From Craspedostauros australis (taxonomy: Eukaryota), in assembly GCA_030167865.1 (NCBI GenBank), contig JALAGF010001633.1, positions 46,724-66,723 of the forward strand: a stretch of 20,000 nt of DNA, given 5' to 3'. Shown here piece after piece: positions 1 to 7,981 of this stretch. The translations under genes and the position numbers were made by a program. Below the pieces are notes generated by a model that did not search any database, had not been told where the DNA came from, and saw nothing but the letters and a program-made list of their open reading frames with translations. The stretch's first letter is position 1, and every line of letters begins with the position of its first letter.

Positions 1-578
1 CACGTCCTGCCAGCATCCAGGCAATCGTCAGGGTAGACGCAATTCCAATGCGTGACCCACAGATCGTGTGTATTGTTGTACGCGTTGATGTAGACACGCA
101 GCCAATTCGTGGTTGATTGGCAAGAGCTCATGGTGGAATGGACGTGGGGATGAGATTCCTCCACATGAAAGTTCCACCGAGATTGAAACTTGAATCTCCA
201 CAGCTCGGCTGATCGAGTTGCCGCGCATATGGACTTTGAAACGAGCGCCACTGATGTGCAGATGTCCGTGACGGTGAGGAACTGGAAGATCTGTGCGGAG
301 ATATCGTTCGCCAGACCTTCCAGTGGATTGGTTGTTGTGTCTGTGCTCATCGTTGAGTTTGCATGTACTGTTTGTAACTGATTGCGATTTAACGCGTTCC
401 CCCCATCATGCTCAATGCTGTTCTTGCTGCTGCGATCGACAACGCTCTCGCCTTCGTCATCGTCGGAAATCCAGGGAGGGAGAAAGAATGGAGCTGTCAA
501 ACAACCATCTCGTGCGATGTCATTCGCAGCTTCTGATGCTTGCGATGCATCCATGCTCGTGCTCATACTAGCATTCAT
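1..578 (-). CDS. F-box domain protein, 5' part (continues beyond the left edge)
   Basis: Hand translation of the minus strand from ATG at 578 is open to position 1 (192 codons), with an in-frame upstream TAA at 653-651. It reads MNASMSTSMDASQ...NPLEGLANDISAQIFQFLTVTDICTSVALVSKSICAATRSAELWRFKFQSRWN...WLRVYINAYNNTHDLWVTHWNCVYPDD. The segment at about 326..174 fits the F-box pattern (L..L..d....IF.FL...D....alVsK.......LW). It is missing from the ORF track because the stop lies outside the window. Confidence 0.8.
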   Translation of the reverse strand, partial: MNASMSTSMDASQASEAANDIARDGCLTAPFFLPPWISDDDEGESVVDRSSKNSIEHDGGNALNRNQLQTVHANSTMSTDTTTNPLEGLANDISAQIFQFLTVTDICTSVALVSKSICAATRSAELWRFKFQSRWNFHVEESHPHVHSTMSSCQSTTNWLRVYINAYNNTHDLWVTHWNCVYPDDCLDAGRT

Positions 579-746
579 AGGAGATTGCTCTTGTCGTTTG
601 TGAATGGTGGTGGCAATGCTGCTGTTGATAAAAAATGCCAGAGAGTGCTGTTACGGATGTGCTCCGAATCTACGCACTCCAAAGATATCATGAAGACTGC
701 AAAGAGATCGTGATGGAGAAGCGACTGGTCGCAACACCCATTCCTT

Positions 747-747
<1 letters not shown>

Positions 748-777
<30 letters not shown>
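748..777. repeat. (CT)15 microsatellite
   Basis: Perfect CT dinucleotide run of 30 bp, about 170 bp upstream of the F-box ATG. Confidence 0.95.
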
Positions 778-783
<6 letters not shown>

Positions 784-1099
784 CTTGCCGTTTCTGCACT
801 TGTTGGTGCGTTGCTCCACCTGAACGGATGAACACAAGCCACGGATAGAAGAGAGAGGCTAGTCTGCACTCCACTTGTGTTCTGTGCGCAAGTTCAAATT
901 CTTGCGTCAGCGACTTGTACTACGACTATTCGGCACGAGTTACGTTACGTTGTCTTGGTTGATGGTCGGATAGAATCCTTGCAACGGATGACTCTTCGGC
1001 GAACGATGTGAGGACCTCCTCCGCGAACCGATCCAATCCAACCCGATGTGGCCACAGAACAAGGTCCGACTGTGCGGATGTAAAATATAATACGTAGCT

Positions 1100-1435
1100 T
1101 CACCAAAAGAACCGACAGAACCAACTGTCTCCTTGATCATCAACGGAGGTGTGGCACAATGAGCTACCAGTAGCAGTACGAATACGGATGGTTTGTATTC
1201 GTTCGTCCCACCACGTTGGACTTTTTGTTGTGCATCTCTCTCTCTGTGCAGAAGAGGCAAAAAGGAACATCTTGGAGACGTTCCTGCGAGAGGCAGTTTT
1301 GGGTGTAGTTTTCCTTGTTTTGTTCGTGTCTGGTCTCATCACGTTTGGAACCTCATCAATCGTTCCAAGACTCAGATCTTTGTGATCGATGTTGTCGATG
1401 AGGTCAAATGGATCATGCCTCCTCATGTTTGACAT
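1100..1435 (-). CDS. Possible small hypothetical protein (111 aa)
   Basis: ATG-started ORF (AAGATG context) with a protein-like N-terminus (DPFDLIDNIDHKDLSLGTIDEVP). No recognisable domain; it may be non-coding. Confidence 0.2.
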   Translation of the reverse strand: MSNMRRHDPFDLIDNIDHKDLSLGTIDEVPNVMRPDTNKTRKTTPKTASRRNVSKMFLFASSAQRERCTTKSPTWWDERIQTIRIRTATGSSLCHTSVDDQGDSWFCRFFW

Positions 1436-1456
1436 CTTGATTCACGGTGCGATATG

Positions 1457-1468
1457 TGTGACGTCACA
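1457..1468. promoter_or_regulatory. Palindromic CRE/bZIP-type site TGTGACGTCACA
   Basis: Perfect 12-bp palindrome with a TGACGTCA core (1459-1466), in the divergent intergenic region between the F-box and OTU genes. Function is inferred. Confidence 0.35.
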
Positions 1469-2007
1469 TTCAAAATGGAGATTGTTGGTTGGAGACACGC
1501 ACAAAAAGTCGACGAGATCACCACGAAGTGTCAAAGACCAGGCGCCAATCCAACAACCACCACCCAAAGCAACCCAACCTCAGGTACCAACCCAGAGCTC
1601 GCACGAGTGCATCGCATGACAGGCAAGGGAGGAACACACGTGACAAAGGCACGAGCATAAGCGACAAGGGTGCTTCTGCATGACGGAAGAGAGCAACTGA
1701 GCTGAGAGGCGTACATACCTACTTCGATTTTGAAAGGAGAACGAGAAAGAGAGACAGGCTCCGCATCGACGCAAAGCAAGTGGAGCAACAGGGACTGCCA
1801 ACACAAGTCCCCAAGATTCTGGAATTGACATCAGAACAGCTCGTAGAAGAGAGCAACAGACTCGATTACACTCGTACTTCCTTGTCGAGCAGATCCGATC
1901 CGCAGGGCTCCGGCCAGAAGTCAACATCTCCGATCCTCACATTCGATTCTCGGCTTCCAACTCCGTCTGCCAAGTGCCATCCGTGGGGACTGCATAGTGC
2001 TCAGTTC

Positions 2008-2032
2008 CTCGACTCAACTCGACTCAACTCAA
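2008..2032. repeat. Pentanucleotide tandem repeat (CTCRA)5
   Basis: ctcga ctcaa ctcga ctcaa ctcaa, read directly from the sequence. Confidence 0.85.
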
Positions 2033-2441
2033 TACACGTACGCACTCGTACTCGTGCCCGCACAGTTATTGTATTAGCACATGTGCATAGTCGTACATCA
2101 ACCAATCAGACATTGTACCAACCGATTCAAGCCGAGCTGTTGAGAGACGTCAAGAGACATCAAACGATCAGCAACCACAAATTCCATCTCAGACTCCGCC
2201 CTGCGTGCCGAAGATCTTTGTGCGAGCTCCGCCATTGCGTATCAAGCAAGGTACTGCATGACACGGACGTCACCAAATCCGCAATTGATACACGCTCAAC
2301 CACACTCAAAGGTATTCAACGTGCTCAAGCTATCGACGGCACGATCACAGCTACTCTCTGCCAGAAAATAGCAAAGCAAGAGGCAACGCACTGCCACAAA
2401 CAAATCGTCGTTGGCAACAAGCCATTATACTGTTCACCATC

Positions 2442-3515
2442 ATGAAAATTCTTGTCCCGTCACCCACATTTTCACCGGCGATTTACGCACAATCCAGACG
2501 CGCCATGTTGGTGATGACTGTGATTCTCCCAACACTCGTCCAGCTGGGTTTCAGCGAATCGCCATCCTCGACGGCCATGCCGCGCAGCAATGTGCGCATC
2601 TCCAGCGTCGAGTCAGACAAAGAGCAGACTCTGATCTCGTACCCGCCATGGGTGGCATCCCCCATGATCGATGACAACGGCTTCCTGCGCAAGCTCTACC
2701 GTCGGATACCGGGCGAATGGGAGAAGGAGGGCCCGCGCCCCCTTTTCCAACGCCGTCGCATGTCGCAGCAATCGTCGCAGGCCATCCAGGACATCCCCGT
2801 CGTTATCCGTCAGGCGCCGGGCGACGGCAACTGTCTCTTCCACTCCATCTCGCTCTGCTGCATCCACGCCCATGATCAATCCCACATTGACATTCAGCAC
2901 AACCAGACCTTCCTTTGGTCCTTCTCCAGCACCCTGCGCGAGCTCGCCGTCGATTGCTTGGAGAAGTCGCCGCGCAAGCTCCTGTTCTTGCAGGGCAACG
3001 AGTACCTGCGCGCCCACGACCTCGTCGAATCCGCGGCCGCCCAGTACGGCATCACGGGCGAGGCGTATTGCGAGTACATGCGACAGCAGAGCTACTGGGG
3101 TGGCGGACCCGAGATCGTGGCGCTGTGCAACGTCCTGCAGCGCCCCATCCATGTCTACGAGTTGCACGCCAAGCGCAGGAACCGTCGCAGCAAGACCTTC
3201 GTGCTGCGGCGCATGGCGTGCTTCGGGTCGCCCAAGTACGATCGAAAATCGGCGCTGCACATATTATCGGCTGACTCGCGGTTTCCGGACGTGCTGCCCG
3301 GCAAGCAGCTGGAATCGGGCAATCACTTTTTGGCCATCTTTCCGACGAACGAATCGCACAATGCCAAGCTGCGGGGTGGGAGCAATGAGAACGGCGAGGC
3401 GGTGTACTCGAATGGTATCCAACCGCCGTTCCTGCTGAAGTTGGAGGAGGATGTTGCGGAATCCCGAACAGGGATGCAGTGGTTCAAGGACTTTCTGGCA
3501 ACGAAACGTACATGA
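2442..3515 (+). CDS. OTU-like cysteine protease / deubiquitinase (357 aa; alternative start Met22 at 2505)
   Basis: OTU motifs: PGDGNCLFHS (Cys131, 2832-2834), LRELAVD, Y..YM....YWGGGPEIVAL, RPIHVY and GNHF (His295, 3324-3326). Codon usage is strongly GC3-biased and the ORF is uninterrupted. Confidence 0.9.
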   Translation: MKILVPSPTFSPAIYAQSRRAMLVMTVILPTLVQLGFSESPSSTAMPRSNVRISSVESDKEQTLISYPPWVASPMIDDNGFLRKLYRRIPGEWEKEGPRPLFQRRRMSQQSSQAIQDIPVVIRQAPGDGNCLFHSISLCCIHAHDQSHIDIQHNQTFLWSFSSTLRELAVDCLEKSPRKLLFLQGNEYLRAHDLVESAAAQYGITGEAYCEYMRQQSYWGGGPEIVALCNVLQRPIHVYELHAKRRNRRSKTFVLRRMACFGSPKYDRKSALHILSADSRFPDVLPGKQLESGNHFLAIFPTNESHNAKLRGGSNENGEAVYSNGIQPPFLLKLEEDVAESRTGMQWFKDFLATKRT

Positions 3516-3844
3516 AACAGCAACGAAACTACGAGTGCTAGAATATGTGATAGTACTGCATGCATCTGACTATTACAAACTGTTCAGGGTGTGTTTCTGG
3601 AACTGCGCAATACAATACAGTACGGGACGATACGATACGGCACAGTACGCACACCCACAATACTGCGCAGAGAGGACTGTGGGTACTCGTATTGGTACAT
3701 ACGAGAATAAACCAGTGGCCATAATCTCCCACAACTCACATGAGTAGGAACAAGCCGTGCTTACTGCGGGTATACTAATACAACGGTGTTCTCGATGGGA
3801 TGCAAGCATTCAGCGGCAGTCTTTCGGCCAGTGTGTCTATCTGC

Positions 3845-5370
3845 CTACAAAAAGTAATCGGGAGGCGGATTCTTGATGGGAACGCCTCTGGCTTCCTGCG
3901 GCGCCGCATCGAAGATCTTGAAGCTGCGTTCCAAGTTTTCATCCAGTTCCAATATCGCCGCGACGTTACCACATCTGTAACAGTAGTTGGGCGCGCTCCA
4001 CACAGTGACGAGGGCGTCGTTGAACATATTTCGGTGGCCCTCCATGACAAGCTGATGAGCTCGGGCGATGAGATCGAGGTCGTTGCGTTCGTTGAACATG
4101 GCGACGATGTCCCCGCCAAAGAGGTAGCCAGCGCCGCGCGGTGACAGTCCCCAACCGTCGATTTCCTCCGGGTCGCTCCACATGAGATCGCACATGGCAC
4201 CGTCGTGCGGGACCTCCTGCTTGCGGTCGATGACGCGAATCTGATCGAGGGTGTTAATGGATGGGCTGAGGCCGCCGTGGACCGTGAAAATCTTGTCTTC
4301 GATGATGGCGCTGAGGGAGAGGTAGTCAAAAATTTCCGTGCAATACCGCCAGACATTGACGGATCCGTACTTTCGTAAGCATTCATCGTAGAAGCCGTAG
4401 ACCTGCGTGATCTGCCGGCTCTCGTGATTGCCTCGGATGAGAGTGATTCTGTCCGGGTAACGGACCTTGAGAGCGAGCAGAAGAAGGAATGTTTCGACGG
4501 AGTAGTACCCTCTGTCAACGAAGTCGCCGAGGAAGAGGTAGTTCTTGTCTGGGCATTCACCCCCAACTTTGAAGAGCTCCACCAGATCGTAGAATTGCCC
4601 ATGGATATCCCCGCATATCTGTGGTTGCAGTGCGGACAGGATAGTTGGTAGTGTTATGGTTGTTATCGTAGTGAAGGTTCATAGTCGGGTAGGTTGTAGT
4701 AGTAGTTGTAGTGATAGTAGGAGTAGTAGTTGTTGTTGTTGTTGGAAAAAGAATGAGGACCGTGGGTGAGCGGATGGGTTCATGATAATCAGAATTGAGA
4801 CGCAGAGGGCGACCATTCAGACCGCATCATTCAGGAAGTTGCTTCCACGTGCTCCTCCTCGATCACCGCAACCAATGATCGTCTCAATGATCGCATTGCG
4901 TGGTCCATGATCTGACAAGGTTGCTTGTTTGGATGATCAGGCTGTTTCCACTCGACGTGAACATCTGGCGATCGCCACCACAGGACGGTCAGCTGTAATG
5001 AACAATGCATGATATCACATTGTGGATGCTGCCACTGCCACTGCCTATTCTGCTCTATCATGACCTGCGTTGCCGTGCGAGTACTTACAGTCACTGGCGC
5101 GTCGACGCGCTGCACGTTGCTTTCATCCACCAGGATCTCGCGCGCGCGTAGACACAAGGCCTTGACTTCACCCTCCCTCAGATATTCGCAGCGCTTCAGT
5201 CGCTCGATTTGTTCATCCAAGCATGTGTTGCCCCCGCTGGTTAATGACGATGCAGTGGTGTTGGTTGTGAGAGGTGGAAGGGCGTTGGCGGCAGTTGCGG
5301 AGGACGCGTTGGCATTGGCGGCAGGCATGACTGCCGCAGCATCTGCCGGATTTTCGACCATGGCGCTCAT
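3845..5370 (-). CDS. PPP4C: Serine/threonine-protein phosphatase 4 catalytic subunit (exons 5370..5089 and 4618..3845; 351 aa)
   Basis: PPP motifs GDIHG, GDFVDRG, RGNHE and SAPNY. PP4-type segments [47 protein letters not shown] and [11 protein letters not shown], and a C-terminal DYFL. Splicing GTAAGT(5088)..CAG(4619) joins VQRVDAPVT to [12 protein letters not shown] in frame. Confidence 0.95.
4619..5088 (-). other. Spliceosomal intron of the PP4 gene (470 nt, phase 0)
   Basis: GTAAGT donor and CAG acceptor; removal restores the conserved protein sequence. Confidence 0.92.
4690..4743. repeat. Imperfect (GTA)n/(GTT)n trinucleotide repeat inside the PP4 intron
   Basis: taggttgtagtagtagttgtagtgatagtaggagtagtagttgttgttgttgtt, read directly. 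Confidence 0.85.
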
Positions 5371-5775
5371 CTTCTGTTAGTCTCGGTGCTGCACTGCTCG
5401 GACGTTATATAATACTACGTTGGTGATGCTGCGTCTGCCTTGTTCAGTCGGTGGATCTCCGGATGGTCCCTCTTGTCACGCTTGTCAGCAGGCGGAGAGT
5501 CGTTTGGTACGATTACGAGCAGGGTGTGTATAGTTTGGTGCGGTGGCGACAACGATTGCGGAAGCTGTCCTTGGTTTGTTGTTTTGCCTCTGTGTGTGTG
5601 CCTGGGCTAGTGTCTTTTGGCTTTTGCTGCCCTTGATTTGTCGCGCCTCCGCCAAGGGACGCAGCACCAACCAAAACACACTTCTGCCACGCGCAACCAC
5701 GAGAGACACTTTTTGTCGGATGGAGGAGAAATTCGTGTCGCTGTGTTTCGGTTGCGGTGGTGGTAAATCGTCAAA

Positions 5776-5814
5776 ATTCAAATTTTTGAATCCGCTTCGA
5801 CTGATATGACGTCA
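5776..5814. promoter_or_regulatory. Candidate PP4 upstream elements: inverted repeat ATTCAAA-tt-TTTGAAT (5776-5791) plus TGACGTCA (5807-5814)
   Basis: Two palindromic motifs 15 bp apart in an AT-rich patch about 410-445 bp upstream of the PP4 ATG. Function is inferred. Confidence 0.35.
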
Positions 5815-5995
5815 AACAAGACAGAAAAATGGTGGTTCCCGTTTAAGTCTAAGGATAAAGAAGTAGAGAGAGAGAGCCGCAATTGATGACTTTTTGGACT
5901 CCCGACATGATTTCTAATTCTCCAGTTTGGTGGTCCGTGCATTCATTCATCTGGTTGTCCAGACATTCGTCAGCCATTCGTCAACCATTCATGTA

Positions 5996-6885
5996 TTATA
6001 GCACAAATGTCGACACTCGATGGCTTCTTGGGTATTTCTGCCGCAGGAAATCCCAATGGACAATGAACAAGTCGGCGATGGGGTACAGTAGCCTCCCCGT
6101 CAATGAGAGGCTGCGGAAGGCAGTGTGCATCGATCGAAAAGAAGATGAGAATGCAAGAAATGAATGATGAGCGTGTGCGAGCGAAGACACGCTTGATTCA
6201 TATGGCATCGAATGTACCAGTATTGCCTCTGTTGCAATGATTGTGATACAACACGCGCGAGATGACGGAAACATCCCGACACTTACGTTTGAACGCGACA
6301 GTACGATTCGATGAACACGATGCGCGTATTGCTCACGCCCAGAAGCCTCCAAAAGAAGCCCGCCAAACAGATGGGCAGGCACGTGCCGGGCCCGTTGGAC
6401 AAGATCAGTTGAGGTCGCACGGATGCCATGATCCAGAGGCATTTCCACAAGCTCCAGCACGTCGTCGCAATGGAGGATGCGTAGGATTGGCCCACTTCTC
6501 GGCTGCGCGGTATGCGGAGGATGGTTGGATTTGTGTGGTTGGATTTGCGGAGATGCAGGTGCAGCCGCTGTTCGCTGGTCGTGTCGGTTTCGGCGATCAT
6601 GTAGATGATGGGATCATAGTGCTTGGTAGAATTGCGCGTGTCGGACGGTATCAGTTGTTGGACCATGTGCAGCATCTCTGTGGTGTGCCCGCCGGAACCC
6701 AAGACGACGACGGTTTTGATCGGTTTGTGGCTGTCCTTGTGCTGCCGTTCTTGCGCTCGCCGCGTTTGGCTGTCGGGATTGTGTATTGCGCGCAGCACGA
6801 TGCAGCATCGGATGACGACGATGATTGCAATAGCGATGATCGACACGATGGCGACGAACGCTTGTGATGCGAGTAGATCGGCCAT
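5996..6885 (-). CDS. ALG14: UDP-N-acetylglucosamine transferase subunit ALG14 (exons 6885..6287 and 6110..5996; 237 aa)
   Basis: N-terminal TM helix, then VVLGSGGHTTEM, IPRSREVGQSY, PQLILSNGPGTCLPIC and IVFIESYCRV. Splicing GTAAGT(6286)..CAG(6111) gives ...CRVQTLSLTGRLLYPIADLFIVHW..L..KYP, the canonical ALG14 C-terminus. Confidence 0.95.
6111..6286 (-). other. Spliceosomal intron of ALG14 (176 nt, phase 2)
   Basis: GTAAGT donor and CAG acceptor; the AC+C join gives Thr and restores the frame. Confidence 0.92.
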
Positions 6886-7981
6886 GGTACATGCGTTGTG
6901 CCTGATCTGGATGGTCCTGTTTGCGGGTTGATTCTGGCCAGAGCAGCAGACGAAGGAAATGAATGAGACGGATGCGATAACAATGATAGCACTCCAACAA
7001 CCTCTCCTACTGAGACTCTCTCGTCGTGATCATGATTGCTTGTACTCTACGTTGGTATGATGATTCAGACGCCTATCGGTGCGAGTATTAGTGCGATGAT
7101 GTTGCTTTCGCTTGTGTTGGGGCAGCGCTGTGCTTGTTGTGGCGCCAACTCCGTATCCAACGCGGAAAATCTACATTTCACTTGTTACGTCTGCACACCA
7201 TCACGTCGCTTTCGATTCCAATCCCACAAAATGGCGGGTAAAATAGTGTCCGCCGAATCCACGGACGGACAGACCGACAGACGAGAAGGACTCGACAAAG
7301 ATGACGCAACAAAAGGCACAACAGCTCACAACGGACATTTCACCCACCACACAGCAACAACAACAACAACACGGATGTGACTGACACCAACAAAAACAGC
7401 ACGACAAACGACAAACACAACACAACGGGCGATCAAACCAAAATTGGCGTCGGAAGCAACGATCCAATCCCCATCATTCAGACAGTTGAGGTTGTGGTTT
7501 GGTGTTTGACGCGACATCATCGACATCATCGCTGCCACCAGCATCCCCGTTTATCTGCATCATCGTTGTCCAGCTCGACGTCTGTTGATCACAGCTTGCT
7601 CGAGGCAATCAAGGGCATCACGCGGCAAGCCAGCGAAGAGGCGAAGCCCCAGGACCGGGATTGCAGCGGTACCCATACCAACACGAGTACCAACTCGCTG
7701 GTGGAGATCTGTGACATCTGAAGGATCGGCGGTCTGGGATCGTGCAGGAATTCGGAGCATAGGATCATAATCTGCGACGCACCTCAGAAACAAACTGGCA
7801 CGGTACCAAACAAGCCAAATCAAGGCAACGCAAGGCAAGGGCCGTGAGTCATTCACCTCCGCTGCCCTGACACGCAAAACGCGGTCATTGGTGCCGTCGT
7901 AGAACCAGTTGCACCAAACAAGCCAAAATAGCGAGGACAGCCACGCAACGAACAAGCGCGCATCAGTCCGTCCATCCAACC
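6886..7981. promoter_or_regulatory. Divergent ALG14/SPT6 intergenic region (probable bidirectional promoter plus 5' UTRs)
   Basis: Head-to-head start codons 1.1 kb apart. Strand composition flips near 7150-7260, from TTG/GT-rich on the left to CAA-rich on the right, consistent with two diverging leaders. Confidence 0.55.

Noticed and set aside
1780..2445. 221-aa ORF whose stop overlaps the OTU start (ATGA), resembling prokaryotic translational coupling
   Set aside because: GTG start, runs through simple repeats, no domain and no codon bias. In this eukaryotic context it is most likely promoter/5' UTR.
2613..3438. Long antisense and alternative-frame ORFs over the OTU gene
   Set aside because: Expected shadows of GC3-rich coding sequence; low-complexity translations.
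7160..7245. E2F-like (GCGGAAAA, GGCGGGTAAA) and YY1-like (AAAATGGCGG) motifs
   Set aside because: Short and partly imperfect matches; they cannot be supported without conservation data.
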